A stretch of DNA of 64,000 nucleotides from an uncultured Planctomycetaceae bacterium (GCA_963813715.1 CAWFAK010000004.1:1-64000), one strand, 5' to 3'. Shown: positions 32,029 through 43,379, counted from the first letter of the stretch. The notes: generated by a model not told the origin, from the letters alone. Numbers and translations: made by a program.

Positions 32029-32133
32029 AAAAAAACCGACGTGGCTGAGCCCCCTGAGGGACTCGACCACGTCGGTTTACTCGTCAACGGACTCCCCAGC
32101 CCGGCTGGGTCGCCCTTTTTCTAGTCATCCGAC
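32029..32133 (-). ncRNA. Candidate cis-regulatory leader RNA, copy 2
   Basis: Near-identical to copy 1, with a different but still paired inner terminator stem. Confidence 0.75.
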
Positions 32134-32181
32134 AATGCCGAGAGCGAATTGCAAACGCACGCTTACGCTCCGACATCGTCC

Positions 32182-32210
32182 ATACTAACGCGGATCGCCC
32201 GAAAGCACAA
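32182..32210 (-). promoter_or_regulatory. Sigma70-like promoter for leader copy 2
   Basis: TTGTGC-17 bp-TAGTAT. Confidence 0.5.
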
Positions 32211-32338
32211 TGAGCCTGTGGTCCTTCGCTGGCGATTGGTATCATCATGCAGACAAGTTTGGCAAAAACGCCGAACGCGGCTGCTCTTTCTGAAACGGTG
32301 TGTTGATCCGTGATCGGCTCGCTCAAGTGGCTCGGATC

Positions 32339-32719
32339 ATGAAAACCCAGGGCGAAATCGAAGCCGAGATTTGCGAAGGGATCTCGCGCTTTGAACAGGA
32401 CTTCATGGGTCGGGGTCCCAAGGACATCCGCACGCATCTGATCGGTGACCTGCTGATCGTCCGTCTTCAAGGCGTGTTGACCGCAGCCGAACAACAACTG
32501 GTCAAAGTGCTCCCGGCCGAGAAGGGGAGGGATCTGCTGAAGCAGGTGCGGACCCAACTGGTCGAAACGGCGCGGCCGCTGCTGGAAGCCATGGTGCAGG
32601 AGACGACGGGTGTCAAGGTGCTGGCACTGCACCACGACATCAGCACGGTGACGGGCGAAGAAGTCGTGCTCTTCACGCTCTCCGAGTCGCCGCTATTCCG
32701 GCAAGCCAAGAAGAAATAG
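32339..32719 (+). CDS. DUF2294 (MpsC-like) protein
   Basis: MKTQGEIEAEI..MGRGPKDIR..RLQGVLTAAEQQL..LHHDISTVTGEEV. Confidence 0.9.
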   Translation: MKTQGEIEAEICEGISRFEQDFMGRGPKDIRTHLIGDLLIVRLQGVLTAAEQQLVKVLPAEKGRDLLKQVRTQLVETARPLLEAMVQETTGVKVLALHHDISTVTGEEVVLFTLSESPLFRQAKKK

Positions 32720-32730
32720 CCAGCGCTTTT

Positions 32731-32878
32731 CTCCCTCGCCCGTCCGCTTCGGATTGACTTCGGCGCGTTCGCTTCGGGCCCGACTTCGGCGAGCTCAGTC
32801 GAGCCGAGCCTCAGGGTCGAAGACAGTCGAGCGGGAGAGGGCCGACCTGCGACGAGCTCAGTCGGGTCGGGTGAGAGC
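32731..32878. repeat. Nested REP/MITE-like palindromic repeats
   Basis: GACTTCGGCGAGCTCAGTCGAG units inserted into other hairpin units. Confidence 0.55.
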
Positions 32879-32879
32879 G

Positions 32880-33692
32880 AAATTTCTCCGGGCATTCTTC
32901 GGTGAAACAACGTGTCCCGTCCCGATCCCGTCCCAATGTCCCTCGACGACTCGCGACGGCGGCGGGTCAACTACTTTGGTGGGTCATGTTCCTGGTGAAA
33001 CAAAGTGTCCCGACCCACCGGCCAATGCCTTTCCACCTGCCGACCCCCGCGCGTCCCGCCTCGGAAGTCCTCGCTGGGCCAGAAACTCCGGGCTTTTCTC
33101 GGTAAAACAACTTGTCCCGTCCCGTGTCCCGCCCGCGCCGGCCTTTCGGGGACCTAGGACCCCGCGCCCACGCCCGACCTCCATCCGGCCCGCGCGGTGG
33201 GTCCAGTTTCGCATCCCCCCCTTATATTAAATGAGAGGGACCCGTCCCGCCGGGTCCAGTTTTTATGAGTCCCGCCGGGACAACCTGTCCCACCGGAAAC
33301 TTTCTTTCCGCGTATCCCGTCCCATCGAGTCCCGCGCTTTCGTGTCCCGTCCCACGGTAGGACCGGGTCACCAATTCGGTGGGTCACGTCATGAGTAGAA
33401 AATTGTGACCCAACCCCCCCGTGAAAGTACTTAGCCCCCGATTGGCGAAAGTGTCCGGACCGGAGGTCGACCGGCAAACGAAAGGCACCGGCTTACTGCG
33501 TGCGCGGCTCCTAAAAGGCTGACGGGGATCTTTTTCTCCCATCCGTATAAAAAAAGGATCCCCACCCCGCCGGGGATCCTCTTTCGTTTCTCCGCGGGCG
33601 CCTCCACCGCGCACAAAACCGCTCGCGCCGAGATCCGCTCTCTCCATTCAGCCATAAAAACGAGCTTCGTCCAAGATCAGTTTGCTGGAATT
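32880..33692. repeat. Non-coding GTCCC-iteron and hairpin-rich element, copy A
   Basis: Many TGTCCC/GTCCCG repeats; blocks collinear with 49375-50792. Confidence 0.7.
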
Positions 33693-34095
33693 CCTCGCCG
33701 AGCGCGACCTCGATCTTGGCCTTGAACCTGCGACAGCCTGTTCGGCTGACCCTGAATTTTGGACCGAGCCGAAGGCGATCACGAATGCCCGGTTTGCCCA
33801 AGATCGGTTCTCAGTCGAAGCGACCGGCGCCGGCAACAGGCGCGGGTGCCGGCCGCGTCGATCGATGTGACCGACGGGCGCCCCGGGAGACAACTCAAGT
33901 AGTCGATCAGGTCGCTATTTCACTCGCTTTTTCCAAATCCTCGGTGCGTTTCTTGCATGATCTGGAACATCTTGAGCGCTTTCTCTCGTCGAATTACCTG
34001 CAGTATGATTGCCGTACCCGGTTTATTAAATGCGTCTATCGGCGTGCCGAATCTTGGTGCACGCCGCGATGCGGTCAGTTCACATGCGAGGTGGC

Positions 34096-35578
34096 ATGCG
34101 AGTCGCGACAAATCAAACGTTGGTGCGCCATTCGGCGGCCGGCTGTTGCGCTGCCTGGGTTGCCTTCGCCGCGCTGTTCCTGACGGCGGCAATCGCTCAC
34201 GCGGCCGACGCCGGGCGACGGCCGAACGTTGTCTTGGTGATGACGGATAACCACGGCGCGTGGACCTTGGGCTGCTACGGCAATCGCGAGATCAAAACGC
34301 CAAACATCGATCGGCTGGCAGCCGAGGGAATGCTGTTCACGCGGGCGTACTGCACGCACTCCCTTTGTTCGCCGAGCCGGGCGACATTCTTGACAGGACT
34401 CATTCCGTCGCAGCACGGGCTGCACTACACCGTAACGGAAGCCAGCGACGCCGATCCCGCGGGATCAGACCAATCCTGTGCGATCCGAGAGTTCGAGACG
34501 CTGCCCAAATCTCTTGCGCGTGCGGGGTACGTCTGCGGATTGTCGGGCAAATGGCATCTGGGCGGTTTCACTCGGCCACAGGAGGGATTTCAGTACTGGT
34601 TCACGATGCCGGGCGGCCATACCATGACTTACTACGGCGCCCAGGTTTTCTGGCAGGGAAAGATACAGAAGGAGCCAGGGTACCTCATCGATGCCATGAC
34701 GGATCATGCCGTCGATTTCATCCGCCAGAACCGCGACAAGCCGTTCTTCCTGTTCTTGACGTACGACGCTCCCTACGGGGTCAGCAGCTGCTTCACGCGG
34801 CCTCACGAAAACCGCCACACCGCCTACTACGCGGACAAGCCCCTCACGTCCTTCCCGCGCGAAAAGGTCCATCCGTCGCAGAAGTACCGTTTGGAGCTGA
34901 TTAACAATCCCGTGGCAATTCGCGGCTACGCGGCCGCCGTCAGCGGCGTCGACGACGGTGTCGGAACGATCCTGAAGACGCTGGCGGATCTCGGTATCGA
35001 CAAGGATACGATCGTGATCTTCACGGCCGATCAAGGCTTTAACGGCGGACACGGCGGAATGTGGGGTCTCGGCGAACATACCGAGCCCCCGAACACGCGC
35101 GAGCCGGTCGTCCGCATCCCTCTGATCGTCCGCCATCCGAGCCGGATTGCGCCCCATGCCGTCTGCGATCGAATGATTGCGTCTTATGACCTGCTGCCGA
35201 CTGTCCTCGCCTATTTAGGGTTGTCCGACCGCATTCCGTCGAGGCCTTCGCTGCCGGGACGAGATTTCTCTCCACTGCTGCTGGGGCGCACGATGGCGTG
35301 GGACGATGTGATCTTTCACGAGTTCGACCGGACGCGAATGATCCGCACGCCCCGCTGGAAGCTGACGCGGCGCTATCCGCACGGTCCGGACGAACTCTAC
35401 GACATGCAATCCGACCCCGAAGAACGCCGAGACCTGCACGCAGACGCGGCGAGCGCTCAGGACGCTCCGCGACTTGACCGCGCGGCTTGAACAGTTCTTC
35501 GATCGCTACGCCGATCCAAAATATGACCGGACCCGCAACGGCAAGTCAAAGTTCGAGCGGGATTTCAATTTCAGGTGA
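34096..35578 (+). CDS. Arylsulfatase-family sulfatase (frameshift near the 3' end)
   Basis: RPNVVLVMTD, CSPSRATFLTG, GKWHLG, FTADQG, ELYDMQSDPEE. Confidence 0.92.
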
Positions 35579-35908
35579 CGGCTTCAATCAGATGACGAGT
35601 GCGCGAGCCGCCGAACGCCGGGCCGCAATTTCGAGTCGCACATTGGTGCCCGCAAATTCAATTCAGAGGCGAACGCGGGGCCACAATCGACGGACGAAGA
35701 GACCTGCTCTCGCGCCTCGACGTTCAATCAACCGCGGGGGATCGAGCGGCACTTGAAGCACGAACGAATGGCCACAGGTGCACTTGATTGCTTTGCCGAC
35801 CAGTTCCTCCGCAGCCTTTAAAGGCTGGGAGTATTGCGGACAGGACGTGGTGACCATGGCTCGGCGCTCCGGCTGTCAGCAGGGGCGACATCGCGCGTCC
35901 CCAGCTGC

Positions 35909-35942
35909 CCGACGAAGGCAGTCCGTCACGAACCCGTCGACG
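35909..35942. repeat. 34-bp direct repeat (partner at 40342-40375)
   Basis: CCGACGAAGGCAGTCCGTCACGAACCYGTCGACG, one mismatch. Confidence 0.8.
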
Positions 35943-37256
35943 CTCGCGCTGCCAGGAGAGCGGTCTCAGCAACCGTCGGGGCTGCTTGGGGACCCGTCCG
36001 GTGCTGAATGTTTGGTCCGTCCGGTTTCGGCACGGCCGCGAGCTCGACGGCCAGGATGGAGCTGTCGTCTTGAGGTCTCTCGGCTCCCTGCCACTGCGAG
36101 ATCTCCCCCAGCAGGCTCCCGAGCCCGACTCGCAGCGGTTCGGCTCGATATCGCTCGATTGCTTCCCGGAGCCGGGCCTCGCCGAAGCGTTCGCCGTCGG
36201 CGTTCATCGCATCGGGCAAGCCATCGGAGTACAGATACATCCGGTCCCCCGCGCCAGATGGACCCGTCGTTCAGCGTACGCTTCCTCCGCCAAACCGATT
36301 GGAAACCCTGGGCTTTCGAGGATCACCGGGGGCCCATCGGCGGGAAGTAGCAGTGGGCCGGGATGGCCCGCGGAAACATGACGGAAATCCCCGTTCGCGA
36401 CGTCCAGGACGCCGTACATCAGCGTCGCGAATTGCTCCGTCGCCATGTCAAAGGGAAAGAGCCGATTGAGGCAGTCGGCGACCTCGGCTGGGGGCGTGAT
36501 CTCGAGTCGATCGAGGGCGGCTCGATCACGGATCAGGATCGAGGACGGTTCTGACGGGGGCGAGAGGAGACGGCAGAGTGTCACCGACAGCAGGGCCGAT
36601 GACACGCCATGGCCGCTCACATCCAGAATACAGAGGCCAACCTTGCCGTCGCCGAGCGGAATGATGTTCAGCCCATCGCCAGCCAGTTCGTCGCAAGGCT
36701 GGTAGCACCAGGCGAACTCGGTGCCGGGGACCCGAGGCGCCGCGCAAGGTAGAAATGTCTTCTGGATCCTTGCGGCCGCCTCCAGATCGCGAGCCATTCG
36801 GCCGTTGACCCTCTCCAGTCGCGAGTTGGTCTCCTCCAGCTCGACGTGCAGGCGGCGGAGTTTCAGATGCGTCTCGACGCGCGCGTGCAATTCCTCCATT
36901 TGAAATGGCTTGGTGATGTAATCGACGCCGCCGACGGCAAACGCCTTCACCTTGTCGAGATTGTCGTTGAGGGCGCTGATGAAGATGATAGGAATTCCCC
37001 GCAGAGTCTCATCAGCTTTCAAGCACTGGCAGACCTCGTAGCCGTTCATTTCCGGCATATTGATGTCCAACAGGATCAGATCGGGAGGGTCCTTCCGCGC
37101 TGCCAGGAGCGCCAGTTTGCCGCTCGGAACGGGACGGGTTTTATAGCCGCGGTCCTTGAGCATGCCGGTGAGTACCTGGAGATTGGCCGCGGCGTCATCC
37201 ACCACCAGGATGCTGGCTGTTTGGCCGATATCGGTTTCAGGCTTTTCCGCCTTCAT
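35926..37256 (-). CDS. Response regulator with PP2C/SpoIIE (RsbU-like) phosphatase (frameshift near 36250)
   Basis: REC ILLDINMP..DYITKPF; ELAGDG, DVSGHGV, AGHP, YSDGL, QDDSS. Confidence 0.9.
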
Positions 37257-40200
37257 GGCAGGCTCTCGACAGGACTCAATGAACTTTCCGCAGGTTCTCC
37301 CTGGTCGAAGAGATCGAGCAGCTTCTGGTATTCAAAGCTTTCCGCCAGGCGGCGCAGCTTCTGGGCGAGTCGGGGATTGCAGTCTTCAACGCTGCGGATT
37401 TGTTCCAGCAGATCGTCCAGATCGGCCCGGATGATGGCTTCACGCATCTGGTGAATGAAGTCGTGCGGCAACTCCGCCAGGGACTCGGGAGTGATCTCGA
37501 CCGTTTCCTCGGGGTCCGGTGCGGCAGGCGGCTCGGCGTAAACGAACTCTACGCCCAATTGGGCGTGAATCTTCTGGAAGAGGTCGATTTCCCGGAATGG
37601 CTTGCTGATGAAATCGTCGGCGCCGATCTTCAGCAGCTCCTGTCGGTTCTCGTCCATCGCACTGGCCGTCACGGCAATGATCTTGATCTCCCCGCCGCCG
37701 GCCATGGCCCGGATCTGCCGAATCGCCTCATGGCCGTCCATCACCGGCATGCGAAAATCCATCAAAATCAGATGGGGTCGCCATTTCTCAAACTCCCGGA
37801 CGGCTTCGGCTCCATTGGTCGCCAGCCCGATCTCGAAACCGACGGGACCGAGAAGCTGGGCCAGCAGCTGGCGGTTATCCTCGACGTCGTCGGCAATCAG
37901 CACCCGGCAGTTTGCCTGCCCGGGCTGCAGCCTCAGGACCTGTCGGGGCGTCTCCTTCACTTGAACTGCCTGGGCCTCTCCCTCCTTCAATGGCAGGTGA
38001 ACCACGAAAACGCTGCCTTTGCCAACCTGGCTTTTCACCGTGATGTCGCCAGCCATGAGACGAACAAACTCGCGGCTGATGGCCAGGCCGAGCCCCGTTC
38101 CGGTCGCCGCTTGTTGCCCCGACTTGGTTTGCTCGAAATGCCGGAACAACTTCTCTTGATCTTCGGGCGAAATGCCCGAGCCCGTGTCCTCAATTTCGAC
38201 CACGAGAATGGGTCGCGTTGTGTCATTGCGGTCCGCGCGCACGCGCAACGCGATCCCCCCTTGCTCGGTAAACTTGACTGCGTTGCCCAGCACGTTAATG
38301 AAGACCTGCCGCAGCTTGTTGATATCGGTCACGATGTATTGGGGCACGCTGCCGACCATCTCGACCGAGAACGATAGCTTTTTCTCATTCGTGCGGAGGC
38401 GGAACATCATCTCCACGTCTTTGAGCAGCGCGAACAGGTCGAACGTGGTGAGATTCAGGGTCGTGCGGCCGGCCTCGATCTTGGACATTTCCAGGATGTC
38501 ATTGATCAGGGCCAGGAGATGCTCGCCGCTGCGATTGATGGTTCCCAGGTACTGGTTTTGTCGCGGCGTGAGATCCTGGTCGCGGAGCATCAACTGGGAG
38601 AACCCGAGGATGGCGTTCATGGGCGTGCGGATTTCGTGCGACATGTTCGCCAAGAAGACGCTCTTGGCGCGGTTGGCTTGCTGCAACGACTGCTCGTAGC
38701 GTTTGCGTTCGGTGACATCGCGGGCCGCGGCGAACACCCCCTGAAGCTTTCGGTCGCGATCGTGGAAGGTGGATGCGTTATAGGACACCACGGTTTCCTT
38801 GCCGTCCCTGGCGCGCGGTGAGTTCGTAGTCGGTGACCTTGCCTTCGCCCAGCACCAGCTTGATGCCCGCTTCGGCCCGATCGGAGTCGGTGAAGTAACC
38901 CTTGAACGGCGCGCCGATGAGCTCGTCGCGCGTGCATCCGGTGAGCGCCTCCATCTGCTTGTTCACGTCGGTGATGATGCCGCGCGGATCGGTGGTGATC
39001 AGGGCATCAATGTTCGATTCAATCAGCGAGCGGGTGTAGAACTGTTGATCGCGCACGCGCTGATCCAGCAGCATTCGCTCGGCTTCCACCTGCTTTCGTT
39101 CGGTATTGTCGGTGCCAATCAAGAGATAACCGATAATTCCGCCTTCCGCGTCACGCAGCGCCGTCACCGACACGATGGCCGGAAAGCGGCTGCCATCCTT
39201 GCGGATGTAGGTCAATTCGTAGATGTCCTCGATCCCGCGCGAGGCCTTGAAAACCAACGCCTCGAAGCCCGGAGTGATCGTGGTCCCTAGCTGGGCGCTC
39301 AAGGCTTTGGCGCGCGTAATCACTTCCTGCGGATCGGAAATGTCGGCCGGCGTAATCTTGTTCATCACGTCCGCGGCCGTGTACCCCAACATGGCCTCGG
39401 CGCCGACGTTGAAGATTTGGATGACGCCCTTCTCGTCGGTGGCGATGCTGGAGAAGTTGGGGCTGTTGAAGATCGCGTTCTGCAACGCGCCGGCTTTGAG
39501 CAGCGCTTCTTCCGCCCGCTTGCGCGGTCACGTCCTCCATCGCCAGAACGAGCAGTTCCCCGTGATGCCCCGCCTGAAGCTTGCGGGCGTTGAGCAGCAT
39601 CACCCGGCGTCCGATGACCGGGAACGTGTGCTCGAGCTCGAAGTCGTCGAAGACGGAGCTTTTGGGCACAACATCCTCGAGCAGCGTCCGCAGATCGGGA
39701 ATGTCCCATTGGCCGTTGCCCAATTCATAGATCAGGCGGTCCTCAGTCTCCGCGGACGAAACGTGAAAGGCCTGATAGAAGGCGCGATTGGCGGACCGGA
39801 CGCGCAAGGTGGCATCGAGGATCAGCAGCGGCTCGCGTACCGTGTCAACAATATTCTGGGCGTAGGTTTCGATCGCCTTCAGATCGGCCTCGGAGCGCCG
39901 CCGCTCCGTTACGTCCTCCATCGCCAGCACGAGCAGTTCCCCGTGATGGCCCGCTTGAAGCTTGCGGGCGTTGAGCAGCATCACCCGGCGTCCGATGACC
40001 GGGAACGTGTGCTCGAGTTCGAAGTCGTCGAAGACCGAACTCTTGGGGACAATGTCCTCGAGCAGCGTCCGCAAGTCGGGGATGTCCCACTGGCCGTTGC
40101 CCAGCTCGTAGATCAGACGGCCCTCGGTCTCCTTGGGCGAGACGTGGAAGGCCTGGTAGAAGGCGCGATTGGCGGACTGAACGCGCAAGGTGGTGTCGAG

Positions 40201-40281
40201 GATCAACAGCGGCTCGCGCACCGTGTCGACAATGTTCTGGGCGTAGGTTTGGATATCCTCGACCAGTGGTTCTTGTGTCAT
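37253..40281 (-). CDS. Multi-PAS hybrid histidine kinase (PAS x4, HisKA, HATPase, REC); frameshifts near 39525 and 38810
   Basis: FLANMSHEIRTPMN, NAVKFT, GTGLGL, LMDFRMP; two nearly identical N-terminal PAS domains. Confidence 0.88.
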
Positions 40282-40341
40282 GGGCGTTCCTTTATGTGCT
40301 TCGAGGTTCTCACGGGCGGCCGCGCGCCCCAAGTGCACGCG

Positions 40342-40375
40342 CCGACGAAGGCAGTCCGTCACGAACCTGTCGACG
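40342..40375. repeat. 34-bp direct repeat (partner at 35909-35942)
   Basis: Direct comparison. Confidence 0.8.
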
Positions 40376-40625
40376 GTCTGCCCGCCGGCAAGGGAAACAC
40401 TTGCGTTGCCGCCGAACCGTCTTCAGAGGTCTCCACGACCGAGAACCTGATCCCGGCGTCCGTGAACACTCGCGGCATCTTGGTGATCGCGTCCATGGCA
40501 TCCTCCAGTGTCGAAAGAACATCGGCGTGGGAGCGCTGCGCGATTTCGCGAAGGCCCTCTTTACCGGGCCGCGTGATCCATCTCACAACGCCCGAACTTG
40601 ATACTGCTTTTACAAGGTAAGGCAT
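40359..40625 (-). CDS. Small hypothetical protein, paralog of 49844 and 50054
   Basis: AGGAG RBS; MPYLVK..WI..G.R..A..T..DA..AI.K.P..F. Confidence 0.7.
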   Translation of the reverse strand: MPYLVKAVSSSGVVRWITRPGKEGLREIAQRSHADVLSTLEDAMDAITKMPRVFTDAGIRFSVVETSEDGSAATQVFPLPAGRPSTGS

Positions 40626-40729
40626 GAGCTCAGCACTCCTCGCAGAACTGCGACGGGCATTGACCGCGAATGGCAGGGGTGTCTCGCCATTGAGCCAGTC
40701 GCCCGTAAATCCAATCAAAGACACGAGAG

Positions 40730-42286
40730 TTAGGGCGCCGGTCGCCCAACCGTTTTGAACAGTTCGCGCAGCTTCGTCACGTCCACGGGCTTGACGTAGT
40801 AATGGTTAAATCCGGTTTCCTGTTGACGCTCGCGGTCGGCTTCGCTCGGCGTATAGCCGGTCAAGGCACACATCATCACGTCCTTGAATCCCGGCAGCTG
40901 TCGCAAACGCTTGGCGACCTGATAACCGTCTATTCCCGGAAGGCCAATATCCAACAGCACGACGTCGGGCCGACAAGCCGCGGCCAGCTCCAGGGCTGCC
41001 GGGCCAGAGCGAGCCACTTGGACTTCGTGCCCGTACAGACGCAGCAACAGGCTCAGGCTATCCGCCGTATCGACGTTATCTTCCACCACCAACACCCGCA
41101 GCGACCGTTCCGGGTGGTCCAGTTCGAGCACGGTTCTCGTTTCCGGCACCGGCGCACGTGTCAGCACCGGCAACTTGATCGTAAATTCGCATCCCTTTCC
41201 CAATCCGGCACTGGACGCCTGCAACCTGCCTTCGTGCATCTCGACCAGGTTGCGAGCGAGAGCCAGGCCGATCCCCAATCCGCCGTACGAGCGACCGAGC
41301 GAGCCGTCGACCTGTGTAAACAGCTCGAAGACGTGAGGCAGCAGTTCCGGGGTGATCCCGACTCCGTTATCCCGCACTTGGATCACGGCTTCGTTACCTT
41401 CCTGACTGACGGCCATGCGGATCAGTCCGCCCGCTTCGGTGTACTTCGCCGCATTGTTGAGCAGGTTGACCACGACCTGCTCAATTCGAGTGGGGTCCGC
41501 CTCCACCCAGATCGGCGCGGTGGGGAGAGAGACCGAGAAATCGTGTTTCCGCGCGTCCATGAAGGGCCGGACCGACTCGGCGGCGTCGTTGACGACGCCC
41601 CGCAGTTCGACTTGCTCCTTGGTCAGCCGCAATTTCCCTTTGGTGATCCGGCCGATGTCCAAAAGGTCGTCGACCAGTCGCACCATCACGCCCACTTGCC
41701 GGTCGATGATGTTTCCGGCTTGCGCGATGATCGGGTCGTTCGTCTTCATCTGTCGCAGGATGCTCAAAGCATTGCGAATCGGCGAGAGGGGACTGCGGAG
41801 TTCATGGGAGAGCAGCGCCATAAACTCTTCTTTGCTCCGGTTGGCTTCAGCCAGTCCGTCGGCCCGCTTCCGTTGAGCCAGCGCCGCTTCGCTTTCGGTG
41901 AGGTCGTGCATCACTCGAGCGAATGACCGGGCCTGCTTGTCCTCATTGAGCAAAGGCGTCACGGTCGCGTGACACCAAAACCGTGTTCCATCTTTGCGGA
42001 GCTGCCAGCAGTTGTTGTGAGCCCGCCCCTCAGCCAGCGCCGTCTGGAGTTCATGCTCGGGTGCGCCGCTGCGAATTTCTTCGGGGGCAAAGAAACAGGA
42101 AAAGTGCTGCCCCACGATTTCGTTGGACAGATAGCCGAAGAGTTGTTCCGCCCCTGGGTTCCAACAAATGACATGTCCTCCCAGGTCGACCAGGAAGACG
42201 GCGTATTCCTTTGCGTCGGTCGCCAGCAGGTCGAAGCGCTCTCCGATTTCTTGCGACGAGAGATGGCCTGAGCTTTCTGAAGACAT
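40730..42286 (-). CDS. PAS hybrid histidine kinase with REC
   Basis: WNPGAE..RKDGTRFW, LSHELRSPL, GGLGIGL, LLDIGLPG. Confidence 0.92.
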   Translation of the reverse strand: MSSESSGHLSSQEIGERFDLLATDAKEYAVFLVDLGGHVICWNPGAEQLFGYLSNEIVGQHFSCFFAPEEIRSGAPEHELQTALAEGRAHNNCWQLRKDGTRFWCHATVTPLLNEDKQARSFARVMHDLTESEAALAQRKRADGLAEANRSKEEFMALLSHELRSPLSPIRNALSILRQMKTNDPIIAQAGNIIDRQVGVMVRLVDDLLDIGRITKGKLRLTKEQVELRGVVNDAAESVRPFMDARKHDFSVSLPTAPIWVEADPTRIEQVVVNLLNNAAKYTEAGGLIRMAVSQEGNEAVIQVRDNGVGITPELLPHVFELFTQVDGSLGRSYGGLGIGLALARNLVEMHEGRLQASSAGLGKGCEFTIKLPVLTRAPVPETRTVLELDHPERSLRVLVVEDNVDTADSLSLLLRLYGHEVQVARSGPAALELAAACRPDVVLLDIGLPGIDGYQVAKRLRQLPGFKDVMMCALTGYTPSEADRERQQETGFNHYYVKPVDVTKLRELFKTVGRPAP

Positions 42287-42368
42287 TCGGCCCGCCTTTC
42301 GAGACTCGCCCTGTCGGATCTTCGGACAAATGACGTGTGGCTTTCGACCCTTGCGGAACGAATGGGGA

Positions 42369-43379
42369 TTAGTTCTCGATTGGCAAGGCCAGCCTCATGT
42401 GTTTTCTCTCGCGCGGCTCGGGACAATCTCGCAGGTAGTCGAGAAGGTCAGAGAGTTGCGCCGTGGCCAAGGCCAGGCAAGTGTCCGCGCCGCCGTAGTA
42501 GATGCGAATCGTGCCGTTGGGACCCAAAATCCAACCGCACGGAAAGACGACACCGTTGACGTCTCCGTGACGTTCGTAGGCCGTTTCCGGCGCGAAGATC
42601 CACTCGTCGCTGCGGCGAATGACGCGACGAGGGTCCTCCAAATCGAGCAGAGCCAACCCCAGTCGATAGAGGCAGCCTCCGGCCGTGACGCGGACGCCGT
42701 GATACATCAGCAGCCAGCCCTCCGGGGTTTCGAGCGGAGGGGGGCTCAAGCCGATCTTGTTCGCATCCCACCAGGCTCCGCGGCGTGCCGGCAACAGGAT
42801 GTGATGATCGCCCCAGTGAGTCAGGTCGGGTGAGAAAGACAGCCAAATATGCGCCCCCGAGCTCCCCGCGGAAACCGGTCGATGGATCATCGCGTAGCGA
42901 TTGCCAAAGCGAACGGGAAACACGGCCGCGTCCTTGTCCTCGGGGGGCATGACGGGGCCGAGCCGGGTAAACGAGTTGAAGTCTTTGGTGGTCATTAGTG
43001 AGACGAGCGGTCCACTGGGCGAATAAGCCGTGTAGGCGATGACCCATTCGCCGCGCTCGGCGACCCACGTCAACCGCGGGTCTTCGACGCCCCACTCTTC
43101 TTCCGGGAAGTTCGCCGGTTCGGGGGCGAAGCTGGGCTTGGAATCGATGTGCCAGTTCGACACGCCGTTGTTACTGCGGGCCACAGTCAGATGCGAATGG
43201 CCGCGCCGATCCTCCACGCGGACAAGCAACACCGTTTCGTCACCGACCTGGCACGCGCCGGCATTAAACACGGCATGGGCCGGATAGGGCCAATCGCGAG
43301 CCGTCAGGATCGGATTGGACGGATTGCGCTTCAGAAGTTCTGTATAAAGACCAGATGGCTTCGATTCTCGCAGCATCAC
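42369..43379 (-). CDS. GH130-type glycosidase/mannoside phosphorylase
   Basis: NPIL, VFNAGA, GVEDPR, EDKDA, HRP, VVFPCG, YYGGADT. Confidence 0.9.
   Translation of the reverse strand: MMLRESKPSGLYTELLKRNPSNPILTARDWPYPAHAVFNAGACQVGDETVLLVRVEDRRGHSHLTVARSNNGVSNWHIDSKPSFAPEPANFPEEEWGVEDPRLTWVAERGEWVIAYTAYSPSGPLVSLMTTKDFNSFTRLGPVMPPEDKDAAVFPVRFGNRYAMIHRPVSAGSSGAHIWLSFSPDLTHWGDHHILLPARRGAWWDANKIGLSPPPLETPEGWLLMYHGVRVTAGGCLYRLGLALLDLEDPRRVIRRSDEWIFAPETAYERHGDVNGVVFPCGWILGPNGTIRIYYGGADTCLALATAQLSDLLDYLRDCPEPRERKHMRLALPIEN

Noticed and set aside
32880..33692. CRISPR array
   Set aside because: Repeats are 5-12 bp and irregularly spaced; no cas genes seen
35663..35857. Zinc-ribbon ORF
   Set aside because: First CxxC is broken and the tail overlaps unrelated sequence; probably a remnant
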